This document shows positions 28,582 to 38,256 of a stretch of 64,000 bases of DNA, piece by piece (the stretch's first letter is position 1; each line of letters begins with the position of its first letter). Source of the DNA: an uncultured Fusibacter sp. (lineage in GTDB: Bacteria > Bacillota > Clostridia > Peptostreptococcales > Acidaminobacteraceae); contig OY781056.1 in assembly GCA_963676315.1 (NCBI GenBank), forward strand, positions 754,779-818,778, read 5' to 3'. The translations under genes and the position numbers were made by a program. Below the pieces are notes generated by a model. It had not been told where the DNA came from. It did no database searches and saw only the letters and a program-made list of their open reading frames with translations.

Positions 28582-30744
28582 TTAGATCTCATACCACCTT
28601 ATCTCATTAGCATCCATTTTTAAGGCGAATGAGCCATTATTTGTAAATACAATCGTAGACTGAGGCGTGTACGTATTGTTCACTACGCAATATTTACCAT
28701 TTTTCACGAAGGCATGCACCTCTACGTTATAATTAGTTGAAAACCACTTGTTTAACTCCTCTTCACCATGTGCAGCCCATAAAATAGCTCGATATAATAT
28801 GCGACTATTTTCAAAAGTGTATGGTAAACCTGATATATAGACACTTCTACCATTTCCAAAGGTATTGACAGCCATTTGAACTTCTTTTTCACTTTGCAAG
28901 AGAATTTGTGTGTCTGGAAGTGCAAAGATATTTTTCTTGCCTTCACCAAAATCTACTGTATCTTTCACATCTTCCAAAATAAAATGTTCTTTTAAAGGCT
29001 CCCAGTTATATTTGTCGTAGTTTAATGTCATGCCTGTTTCTTTTTCAACCCCAAGTACTGAACTCAACTGTAAATAATGACCTTGGTATTGATGACCCGT
29101 TGGCTCGCCTACGCCAATAAATCCACCTCCACGATGAACAAAACCTCTTATTTGAGATGATACGATCGGATCTCTCCACTCTATACCACCTGTTTGGGCA
29201 GTATCACCATCACCTACATTTATGATGACATCAATATTATCAAGTATAGATGCATCATTTCGAATGTCATCAAATGAGATGAATTTCACATCAAAAGGAG
29301 CACCTGAAAGTGATTCAATGATCCCTGCATACGAGTAATTCTGCTTCTGATAAAGCGCATGATGCACCATATGACTTCCCCACGCTCTCATTTTTCCCCA
29401 ACTGTTAAGTACTGCAACCCTTTTTATACAATATGGCGTTGTTCCTTTTATATTTTCATAAAGCTCTCTAAATTCATTACACACCGACTCAATATATTCT
29501 ATAAAATCAGGAAACTGTAAAGCCAGCTTAAGATACCCTCCATAACCAATTCTATCTATAGGTTTTCTTAAAATCGCACGTCGAGCACCCACCCAGTTTT
29601 CTTTTGCTTCTTTTACAGGATTACCACCTTCATGGAAAGTGTCTGGAAAGAAATAAGGTAAAAATCTACCTTCAGTGTATTTGACATTTGGTATGTCTGA
29701 AATTAAGCGTAACGTCGAACCATTTCCGACTGAGCCAACTACTGCGTCCATCCCTATTGTTTTCCATTCCTCCATGAAAGGTTCCATGCCTATCCAGTGA
29801 TCGCCTAAAAACATCATTGCCTCTAGTCCAAGCGCATGGGTGATGTCCACCATTTCTTTACTTAACTTAGCAACTTCACGTCTTTGAAATGCTTGAAAAT
29901 CTTTAAACTCCTTTGATGGAATTCTATATTGATTGTTATAATAACCTTGATCTACTATATATTCTGGTCTAAATTTATAGCCAACTTCAGCTTCAAATTG
30001 TTCTAAAATATATGGCGAAACTGACGCAGAGTAACCATACCAGTCAACATACTTTTCACGTTTCAATTCATCAAACATCAAAGTGAACTGATGAAAAAAC
30101 GTCGTAAATCTTATAACATTAACATAGGGATTATCTTTAATAAATTGTCTTAATCGATCCATAGTAAATGCTTTTGTTTTGGGTTGTCTCACATCAAATG
30201 TAATCTGGTGTTCAAAGTTTTCCCAGTTGTTCGTAACCGCATTGTACATATGGACAGGGTCCCAAATGAGGTAACCTAAATACGCTACGGTATATTCATG
30301 ATATGGTAGTGGATTATGAATGATGACACTGGTGGTCTCTATATTGTATTTCCATTGGTCTGTCGCTAAAGGAACTCCAGTGGTTCTATCCATCACTTCC
30401 CACCAGCGTTTAATATCATCACGTGTATTGACCATTATAAGTTCAGAACAAATTCCCTTCATGAGGTTTATGCTTAAATCTCCTCCAACTGCAGTGTGAA
30501 ACCCCGTCATAATATAACATTGCTGCACTTCATCCGGATTTGCTTTAGCCCAAGTATTATCTTTACGAGTGGTATAATAGGTAGCGTAGATTTTTGCATT
30601 TTGGTCTTGTAATTCAACTGGAAAATCAGTACCATCACAGTCTCTTATTGCATCAGCTCCCCACTTTTTAATGAGTTCTATGGTCTCAGGTATTACATCT
30701 ATATCTGTTGGTATGGTCACACGACCATATTTGCTATTGTTCAT
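28582..30744 (-). CDS. gnpA: 1,3-beta-galactosyl-N-acetylhexosamine phosphorylase (GH112)
   Basis: GRVTIPTD, WGADAIRDCDGT, WDPVHMYN, FLGDHWIG, EGRFLPYFFPD; 720 aa. Confidence 0.95.
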   Translation of the reverse strand: MNNSKYGRVTIPTDIDVIPETIELIKKWGADAIRDCDGTDFPVELQDQNAKIYATYYTTRKDNTWAKANPDEVQQCYIMTGFHTAVGGDLSINLMKGICSELIMVNTRDDIKRWWEVMDRTTGVPLATDQWKYNIETTSVIIHNPLPYHEYTVAYLGYLIWDPVHMYNAVTNNWENFEHQITFDVRQPKTKAFTMDRLRQFIKDNPYVNVIRFTTFFHQFTLMFDELKREKYVDWYGYSASVSPYILEQFEAEVGYKFRPEYIVDQGYYNNQYRIPSKEFKDFQAFQRREVAKLSKEMVDITHALGLEAMMFLGDHWIGMEPFMEEWKTIGMDAVVGSVGNGSTLRLISDIPNVKYTEGRFLPYFFPDTFHEGGNPVKEAKENWVGARRAILRKPIDRIGYGGYLKLALQFPDFIEYIESVCNEFRELYENIKGTTPYCIKRVAVLNSWGKMRAWGSHMVHHALYQKQNYSYAGIIESLSGAPFDVKFISFDDIRNDASILDNIDVIINVGDGDTAQTGGIEWRDPIVSSQIRGFVHRGGGFIGVGEPTGHQYQGHYLQLSSVLGVEKETGMTLNYDKYNWEPLKEHFILEDVKDTVDFGEGKKNIFALPDTQILLQSEKEVQMAVNTFGNGRSVYISGLPYTFENSRILYRAILWAAHGEEELNKWFSTNYNVEVHAFVKNGKYCVVNNTYTPQSTIVFTNNGSFALKMDANEIRWYEI

Positions 30745-30765
30745 AGTATCTCCTAGGATGAAATA

Positions 30766-30954
30766 TTATTTGTATTTGTCATTGTAAATGCCCATCGAAG
30801 TAAGTAGCATCGCTACGCCAACTGCCATGATCCCCAACCCAGTCAACTTTCCAGTCATCTTCCAACCACTTATCACCATTACAATGCCTATAACACTAAA
30901 AATAGCGATTAAGATCATCCGCAAGGATTCATTTTCTTTAGGTAAATTTTTCAT
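30766..30954 (-). CDS. Small two-TM membrane protein in the GH112 locus
   Basis: 62 aa, two hydrophobic helices, short intergenic gaps on both sides. Confidence 0.75.
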   Translation of the reverse strand: MKNLPKENESLRMILIAIFSVIGIVMVISGWKMTGKLTGLGIMAVGVAMLLTSMGIYNDKYK

Positions 30955-30963
30955 CGCATCACC

Positions 30964-31854
30964 TTATCCTTTCAGTCCGCCAACGGTCATCCCCTTAGTC
31001 AGATTCTTTTGAACACAAACATAAAGTATGAGTGTTGGTAGCATTACTAAAACAAGTCCTGCATACATCGGTCCATAATTTGCCGCAGATTGCTGTGCCT
31101 GCATTAAATTCAATAATCCAACAGGAAGTGTTTTAGGACCTTTTGCAGAGCTCATAAGTGTCATTGAAATAATGTATTCATTCCAAAATGATAAAAAGTT
31201 AAATAAAACAACTGTAATAATCGATGGTTTTGCCATCGGGAAAATAATTTGTACCATCGTTCTGCCGTATCCAGCGCCATCAATATATGCCGCTTCTTCA
31301 AAGTCTTTGGGAATTGTCACAAAATAACTTGAGATTAGGTAGATTGTGAATGGTAAGGCCGTAGCAGCATAGACTACTGCAAGTACAGTTAAATTATTCA
31401 TTAAAAAGAAACTGCCAAATGTCTTTTTCATGATTTGATCCCCATCCTTGAGCATCAAGAATATTGGCACAACAATGTAATTTACATTGATAAAGAGTCC
31501 TGCCATAAAAGCAGCGTTTAAAAATTTTGCACCGCGAAACTTAAATCGAGCCAAACAATACGCTGCTGGTAATGCTACTATCAAAAGGATCACAATTGCA
31601 AGTGTGGTGACATAAACTGAATTCAGCATATATTCGCCCATTTTTGCAGTTGTCCAAGCTGTTTTAAAGTTCTCTATATAAAAACTTGAAGGCAAGCTCC
31701 ATGGATTAGCGTAGAATTCTACATTTTGTTTTATAGACGCCATGAATACCCAAGCTACAGGGATCAATATGGACAATGCCATCAACATTAACACAAAATA
31801 GATAAATATCTTATATAATTTACCACTTGATGAATTACGTTCTTTGGATTTCAT
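30964..31854 (-). CDS. Carbohydrate ABC transporter permease
   Basis: EAA motif FEEAAYIDGAG; FLSFWNEY. Confidence 0.93.
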   Translation of the reverse strand: MKSKERNSSSGKLYKIFIYFVLMLMALSILIPVAWVFMASIKQNVEFYANPWSLPSSFYIENFKTAWTTAKMGEYMLNSVYVTTLAIVILLIVALPAAYCLARFKFRGAKFLNAAFMAGLFINVNYIVVPIFLMLKDGDQIMKKTFGSFFLMNNLTVLAVVYAATALPFTIYLISSYFVTIPKDFEEAAYIDGAGYGRTMVQIIFPMAKPSIITVVLFNFLSFWNEYIISMTLMSSAKGPKTLPVGLLNLMQAQQSAANYGPMYAGLVLVMLPTLILYVCVQKNLTKGMTVGGLKG

Positions 31855-31864
31855 ATTTTCCTCC

Positions 31865-32770
31865 TTAATATTCTAGAACTTCACGCTTAGTAACCTTATT
31901 TACCAGCGCAGATAATGCAAAGGAAAATAGAAAAATCATAACGCCAATTGCCATTGAATAGCCAAACAATCCAGCATCTTTTTGGCTATACATATAGCCC
32001 AGTGCTACTTCAGATGAACCGTTTGGACCACCAGAGGTCATAGACTTTACAAACAAGAATGCCATGTTTATAGTTGAGATGATAAAAAAGGTTAAAGTAG
32101 TTCGTATATTTGTCCAAATTAGCGGAATTGTGATCTGAAAAAATTGTGTGAAGCGACTTGCACCCTCAAGTGAAGCACTTTCATAAAGGCTCTCAGGGAT
32201 ACTCGCCATTGAAGCCATATACATGACTAAATAATAGCCCACTGCTTGCCAAACCATAGCGATGATAATACTCACCATAACTAACTTCTCACCCTTCCAA
32301 AGTATGGGATTTGACATATCTGTAAACAGCCCTATGATGGCGTTTAGCATGCCATTTTCTGGTTTATAGATAGCTGAGAATATACCTGAAATTACAACAA
32401 TTGACAGAATATTAGGAATATAAAATACGATTCTAAAGAAATTCTGACCTTTGACATTTTCGCGCGTTAAAATAGCTGCAAATACCAGTGCGGTACAAAA
32501 AGTGATGATTGTCACAACAACAATTAATAATATGGTATTTTGCATTGATCTGATGAACTGAGCATCATTTATCAAATAAATAAAATTGTCTAAACCTACA
32601 AAAGTTTCATTTGGTGAATAGGCACCTCTTTGAAATAAAGACATCCTAAAAACATTAATTGTAGGTAAAATCATAAAAACAGTAAACAGTAATACTGCTG
32701 GAGCGACACACAGTAAAATAAAACTGCTCCGTCCTATACTCTTTTTCATAAATAAGTCGCTCCTCTCCAA
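31865..32770 (-). CDS. Carbohydrate ABC transporter permease
   Basis: EAA motif LYESASLEGASRFTQFFQITIP. Confidence 0.93.
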   Translation of the reverse strand: MERSDLFMKKSIGRSSFILLCVAPAVLLFTVFMILPTINVFRMSLFQRGAYSPNETFVGLDNFIYLINDAQFIRSMQNTILLIVVVTIITFCTALVFAAILTRENVKGQNFFRIVFYIPNILSIVVISGIFSAIYKPENGMLNAIIGLFTDMSNPILWKGEKLVMVSIIIAMVWQAVGYYLVMYMASMASIPESLYESASLEGASRFTQFFQITIPLIWTNIRTTLTFFIISTINMAFLFVKSMTSGGPNGSSEVALGYMYSQKDAGLFGYSMAIGVMIFLFSFALSALVNKVTKREVLEY

Positions 32771-32862
32771 GCTGATTCATACTTTTTCATATGTGACCAT
32801 CATCACATATCTTGTATTATACTATTGACATAAAATCTAACATCATTGTATATGTTTTATTT

Positions 32863-32892
32863 AAAAGGTGGTGGGTATCCCCGCCACCTTTT
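32863..32892 (-). terminator. Stem-loop after the solute-binding protein gene
   Basis: AAAAGGTGGTGGG...CCCCGCCACCTTTT. Confidence 0.7.
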
Positions 32893-32910
32893 ATTTAAGA
32901 AGATTAATTA

Positions 32911-34287
32911 TTATTTTAAATTTTCACGCAATTGGTCATTTACTGATTTGATATTTTCTAACCAACCATCGACCGTTAACTCACCAGATACCAGTGAATT
33001 TACTGGCTCAAAGAACACTGTTGAAGTTTCTACACCAGGAATTGCTTCAAATGCAGCAAAGTTACCCATTGCAGATTTTGCACCATTGTCATATATTGAA
33101 TAGAACATCACATTATCACCTTGAAGCTTTTCAGCGATTCCCAGTACAGGTTGAATCGCACCATATTGAGCGAAAATTTCTGTAGCTACATCAGAATATA
33201 AAAATGCTATAAACGCTTTAGCAGCATCAACATTTTTGGCACCTGATGGAATCCATGCTTGCTCAAACCAACTGTAAGAATATCCAGCTTCACCTTTATT
33301 TACTGCCGGTAAAGCAGTCATGCCCCATTCGAAGCCGTCAGCTCTTGGTGCTTCTGCCATCTCGCCAACAATCCAAGTCCCATTTGGCATAAATAAAGCT
33401 TTGTTATCTAGAACCAATTGTTGATTTTGGGTAAAATCTTGATTATTAGCTTGCGCTGGTGTAATTGGATCCGTATAAGAAGCCAGTTTTCCTATAATCT
33501 CAAAAATTTGTTTAGATTCATCAGTATCCCAAATGCCTGCCTCATAATGTGTTGCAGCATCAAAATAATCAGCACCGCCAACAGAATACATTAAAGCGTA
33601 TAAAAAGGCATCAAAATAGCCTGCAGTTGGATAAGTAAACAGAGAAATTCCTTCAGCTTTTGCAGTATCACCAAGTGCCCACATTTCGTCCCAAGTCGTT
33701 GGCACTGCCCATCCTTTTTCTTTAAACAAACCTGCATTATAGAACAAACCACATGGAGAATAGAACATTGGAGCTAAATATGTTTTTCCGTCTCCATAAG
33801 GATTTGTTAGTGAAGTATCTGTAAATCCACCTGCTATTTTATCAGAAACCTTACCGGTTTCACCTGGTATTGTCATTGTTAATACATCAGTTATATCAAC
33901 CAAATTATTGTCTTTTATAAATTGTTCAGTTAAACCTGCTGGACGACCCGTTGCTAAGTGAATAACATCTGGAAATTCGCCGCCTTGCATAGCTGGACCG
34001 ATTAGATCTTCTAGATTTTTATCTGTTGTTAATTCGACTTTGATCCCTGTTTGTGCTGTGAAAGCCTCCGCAACTTGAATCCAGCCTTCAGTGCCATATG
34101 CAGTTTCAATTGCAGCTACTGAAATTGTCACATCACTCCCCGCCACTTCTGATGACGTTGTTTCACTGTTTGTTGCATTGGTTGTTTCTGAAGTTTGCTC
34201 TGTAGTTGAACCACATGCAACCATACTTAAAGTCATGACAAAAACTAATAGTATTGCAATGATCTTTTTCATTGTTAATTCCTCCAT
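32911..34287 (-). CDS. Sugar ABC solute-binding lipoprotein (probable GNB/LNB binder)
   Basis: Lipobox SMVAC, Ser/Thr-rich linker, FMPNGTW; locus context. Confidence 0.88.
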   Translation of the reverse strand: MEELTMKKIIAILLVFVMTLSMVACGSTTEQTSETTNATNSETTSSEVAGSDVTISVAAIETAYGTEGWIQVAEAFTAQTGIKVELTTDKNLEDLIGPAMQGGEFPDVIHLATGRPAGLTEQFIKDNNLVDITDVLTMTIPGETGKVSDKIAGGFTDTSLTNPYGDGKTYLAPMFYSPCGLFYNAGLFKEKGWAVPTTWDEMWALGDTAKAEGISLFTYPTAGYFDAFLYALMYSVGGADYFDAATHYEAGIWDTDESKQIFEIIGKLASYTDPITPAQANNQDFTQNQQLVLDNKALFMPNGTWIVGEMAEAPRADGFEWGMTALPAVNKGEAGYSYSWFEQAWIPSGAKNVDAAKAFIAFLYSDVATEIFAQYGAIQPVLGIAEKLQGDNVMFYSIYDNGAKSAMGNFAAFEAIPGVETSTVFFEPVNSLVSGELTVDGWLENIKSVNDQLRENLK

Positions 34288-34577
34288 TAATCGTTTTTTT
34301 GTCTTATTGTCTTTTTTAAACCTATATTCAGTATAGACTTATAGAATCAATAAGCAATCAGGATTTTGCCTATAATTTTATATATATTGCGGTATTTAAA
34401 ATTTTTCAATAAAATTAGTACCGTTTTTTTAAACAACTCACAATATAGATATTCAAAGGTTTTCATGTGTTTATCGACTTGGAATGGATAATGATTATTA
34501 ATAATTGGTATTTGAAATTTTAGAAGATTAGCAATATACTACAAGTATATATCAACATTTTTAGTCAGGAGCATATT

Positions 34578-35411
34578 ATGAGTCACAAACGGTTCTCTTT
34601 AAATCCAAATACGAATCTTAGAAGTTCTTTAAAATTACTTAATGTTGACAGTTCAAAATACTCAGGAGACTGGGATTCATTTCCGCATTCTCATATGTAT
34701 GCTGAATTGTTTTATGTGTTAGGTGGCAAGGGTAAATTTCAGATTGATCAAGAGTTCTATCCCGTTTCTCCAAAGCAATTAATTATTATCAATCCAAATG
34801 TACTTCATACTGAGATTAGTTATCAAGATTCGCCTTTAGAATATGCTGTTCTTGGGATTGAAGGACTTGAACTATCAGACTATACAGAGAGCGAAAGTAG
34901 ATTTAGAATATTAGATTTTAACGAAGGCGACGATATCACGACCTGTTTGCGCAATATTATACAAGAAACTACCAATAACCTGCCTGGTAACGAAACGATC
35001 TGCCAAGCATACATGGAAATATTAATTGTTCGTTTGATGCGAAGAATTAATTTTTCTCTTAACGCCACACCTCTTCCCACCTCAAGTAGACAGTGCGCAA
35101 TCGTTCGAAGATACATTGATGCACATTATAAAGAAACGATCACTTTAGATCAGTTGGCTACATTATCACATCTGAACAAATATTACCTTGTTCACTCTTT
35201 TAAAGAAGAATATGGCATTAGCCCTATAAATTATCAAATTGATCGTCGGGTATTAGAAAGTTGTGCATTATTAACTCAGACTGATATGTCATTATCTCAG
35301 ATCTCACAAGTGGTGGGATTTTCCTCACCAAGTTACTTTTCTCAAACCTTTCGCAAAAACAAAGGAATGAATCCTATTCAGTATCGAAATATCAAAAGCA
35401 ATCAAATATAA
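34578..35411 (+). CDS. AraC family regulator (cupin + double HTH), divergent from the GH112 locus
   Basis: HSHMYAELFY cupin; SQVVGFSSPSYFSQTFRK. Confidence 0.93.
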   Translation: MSHKRFSLNPNTNLRSSLKLLNVDSSKYSGDWDSFPHSHMYAELFYVLGGKGKFQIDQEFYPVSPKQLIIINPNVLHTEISYQDSPLEYAVLGIEGLELSDYTESESRFRILDFNEGDDITTCLRNIIQETTNNLPGNETICQAYMEILIVRLMRRINFSLNATPLPTSSRQCAIVRRYIDAHYKETITLDQLATLSHLNKYYLVHSFKEEYGISPINYQIDRRVLESCALLTQTDMSLSQISQVVGFSSPSYFSQTFRKNKGMNPIQYRNIKSNQI

Positions 35412-35812
35412 AGAACTGTATCATAAAACGATTGATTCATCAAATAAAAATGCCTATTTAAGGAATTGGTTTAATTCTTAATTACGCTACATATTAGTAC
35501 TCGATTATTTCGAAAACACCCCTTTTGCTTGAATTGAAGGAAATACCCCCAACTGCGATTTTTGTAAACGGTTCAGTTTGGAACATTCTAAACCGAACCA
35601 ACCAATAAGAGTTTAGATGTTAGAGAGCATACTACTTTGATTTGTTGTACAGATAGGTCAGTAATTAGGAAACTGTATTAAGGATAAGTATATTTAGAAT
35701 GTTGTCGTTGAACCAGAGCATTAGAAATGTTAATATAAAGTAATAACTAATTAAATTTCTCAAAATTTTCACGTTAATAGCGCATTTTTTTCCAATTTGA
35801 AAAGAGGGCTTA

Positions 35813-38062
35813 ATGATGAATACAAAAATTCTGGACTATTTCGATTTTGAAAAAGCTAATATTTTACTTGAAGGTTTCAATAAAACTACAGGATTTGTTA
35901 CTGCAATATTAGACAATTCTGGTAATGTTTTGTCCCAATCTGGATGGAGAGAAATATGCACGGAATTTCATCGAAAGAATTCAAGAACTGCAATGAATTG
36001 TACGATTAGTGACATCGCTTTAGCTGGTGAAATGAAAGTTAATGAAAAATATCGTTTTTATAAATGTCTTAACGGCTTAATCGATGTTAAGGTTCCTATC
36101 GTCATTCAAGGTGAACATTTTGCAAACCTTTATTCAGGACAATTCTTTTTTGAAGAACCAGATTTATCATTCTTTAAAAAGCAAGCCGAAGAATATGGAT
36201 TTGAAGAGATTTCATATCTAGCAGCACTTGAGAAAGTGCCAGTGCTTTCAAAAGAAAAAGTAGAAGTTGCCATGGAATTTTTACTTGAATTAATCCAGAT
36301 GATTATCGAAACAACAGCCGAAAAATTAGAGCAAGTTGAATTAAATGAAGTGATTAAAAAGAGTGAAACCGCTCTTAAAATGAGCCAAGTTCAACTTGAA
36401 CATAATATAAATGATTTATTGGCAACACAACGAAAAGCACATTTAGGCACTTGGCGTTTAGATTTAACTTCGAATCAAGTGGTGTGGTCAGAGGAACTCT
36501 ATAGAATGTATGGGTTTGATCCAACCCTTCCACCCCCACCTTATACTGAGCACATGAAGTTATTTTCAACAGAAAGTTGGAATAAACTCTCTACATCACT
36601 AGAACAAGCAACTACATTGGGAATTCCTTATGAACTGGAACTTGAAACTGTCACTCATGATGGTTCAAGTGGTTGGATGTGGGTTATGGGAGAGCCTATA
36701 AAGGATACAGACGGCAATATTACTGGTCTATGGGGAGCTGCTCAAGATGTCACGGATCGCATAAAGTCAGAGAAAGAGATTCTAAAAGTAAATGATGAAC
36801 TGACTGCAGCTAGTGAAGAACTTGGCGCTATGAACGAAGAACTAGAAGCGATGAACGAAGAATTAAGGGCAACTATGGAAGATCTTGAAGTACTCAATAA
36901 GGACCTCAATATTGCAAAGAAAAAGGCAGAGGAAGCAAATGCAGCAAAAAGCCAGTTTCTCTCAAATATGAGTCATGAGATAAGAACACCAATGAATGGC
37001 TTTGTGGGCATGTTGCAGCTTTTACAAACTACGAAACTCTCTAAGGAACAGAAAGAGTATACGCAAATAGCCAGAACTTCGGCAAATTCACTTTTAGTAC
37101 TTGTCAATGATATTTTAGATCACTCTAGAATAGAAGCTGGAAAAATGGAACTTGTTAAAAAGACATTTAAGCCTAGAGAATTAATCAGCGAGGTCTTATC
37201 ACTCTTTAAAATTTCAGCTTCAGCATCGGGATTGTCATTGGAAGCAATTATTGATGAAGATGTTCCAGAGCAGTTATTGGGGGATCCTTTTAGATTAAAA
37301 CAAGTCCTATCAAATCTTATAGGAAATGCCATAAAATTCACACAACATGGTGGCATAAAAGTATTTGTTTCGAATGCTACGTTACAAAACCATGATAAAG
37401 TTAAATTAGAATTTTTAGTAAAAGATACTGGTATAGGCATCCCTCAAGATAAAGTGGATCTTCTATTCAAAAGATTCAGTCAGGTAGATAACTCTAACAC
37501 ACGTCAATACGGTGGCAGTGGTTTGGGACTTTCTATTTGTAAAGGACTCATTGAAAAAATGGGTGGTGAAATTTGGGTAAAAACCAAAGTAGATGAAGGG
37601 AGTAGTTTCTACTTTACTTGTTTGCTTGAAATTACCACTGAAAAAGTAAAAAATAAAACTTCCTCACTTTTGAAGCAACATAATACTCAAAAGAATGTAC
37701 ATATACTCTTAGTTGAAGACGATGAGGTAAGTGGCATAATTATCGAAAAAGTAGCGGAAAAAAATGGCTGGCATGTAACGAGTACAAGAAATGGTTTAGA
37801 AGCAGTTGAGACATTCAAACATAAACATTTTGATTTGATTCTTATGGATATTCAAATGCCTATGATGAACGGCTTTAAAGCTACTAATTTGATTCGAAAA
37901 CTTGAACATAACAAAGAAATACGTACGCCAATTATCGCTTTATCAGCTGATATCGTAAAAAATGACAAGGAAAAATGCTTTGAAGCTGGGATGGATGATT
38001 ATTTACTTAAACCACTTAATTTAAGTGACTTAAGTGAAATGGTTTTTAAGTGGGCCAAATAA
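35813..38062 (+). CDS. Hybrid sensor kinase (PocR-PAS-coiled coil-HisKA-HATPase-REC)
   Basis: [14 protein letters not shown] (PocR), [32 protein letters not shown] and LILMDIQMP. Confidence 0.93.
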   Translation: MMNTKILDYFDFEKANILLEGFNKTTGFVTAILDNSGNVLSQSGWREICTEFHRKNSRTAMNCTISDIALAGEMKVNEKYRFYKCLNGLIDVKVPIVIQGEHFANLYSGQFFFEEPDLSFFKKQAEEYGFEEISYLAALEKVPVLSKEKVEVAMEFLLELIQMIIETTAEKLEQVELNEVIKKSETALKMSQVQLEHNINDLLATQRKAHLGTWRLDLTSNQVVWSEELYRMYGFDPTLPPPPYTEHMKLFSTESWNKLSTSLEQATTLGIPYELELETVTHDGSSGWMWVMGEPIKDTDGNITGLWGAAQDVTDRIKSEKEILKVNDELTAASEELGAMNEELEAMNEELRATMEDLEVLNKDLNIAKKKAEEANAAKSQFLSNMSHEIRTPMNGFVGMLQLLQTTKLSKEQKEYTQIARTSANSLLVLVNDILDHSRIEAGKMELVKKTFKPRELISEVLSLFKISASASGLSLEAIIDEDVPEQLLGDPFRLKQVLSNLIGNAIKFTQHGGIKVFVSNATLQNHDKVKLEFLVKDTGIGIPQDKVDLLFKRFSQVDNSNTRQYGGSGLGLSICKGLIEKMGGEIWVKTKVDEGSSFYFTCLLEITTEKVKNKTSSLLKQHNTQKNVHILLVEDDEVSGIIIEKVAEKNGWHVTSTRNGLEAVETFKHKHFDLILMDIQMPMMNGFKATNLIRKLEHNKEIRTPIIALSADIVKNDKEKCFEAGMDDYLLKPLNLSDLSEMVFKWAK

Positions 38063-38093
38063 TAACATTTAGTATAAAGCATATTGAACGCAT

Positions 38094-38228
38094 TAGAACC
38101 GCCCCCAATAAGTTAGACTTAAAAATCTAACCTATTGAGGGCGGTTTCTTATGTTAAAATATAGCTTTGTGCTTAAACTGAAAATTGTTTAAAAATATTT
38201 TAATATAGAAGGCAGATACAAATACTGC
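38094..38228 (+). mobile_element. Solo left end of an IS3-family (IS150-group) element with a degenerate orfA start
   Basis: Hairpin with 21-nt arms (19/21 match; 38097-38117 and 38126-38146). 18 bp are identical to the IS end at 57648-57665. It is followed by MLKYSFVLKLKIV*KYFNIEGRYKYC, resembling IS3 orfA N-termini. Confidence 0.7.
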
Positions 38229-38256
38229 CTTGGAATAAGCAATTATTTGAACACAA

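Noticed and set aside
35560-35605. Imperfect inverted repeat upstream of the hybrid kinase as a regulatory RNA
   Set aside because: Only a 12/14 stem with no recognisable motif; insufficient support.
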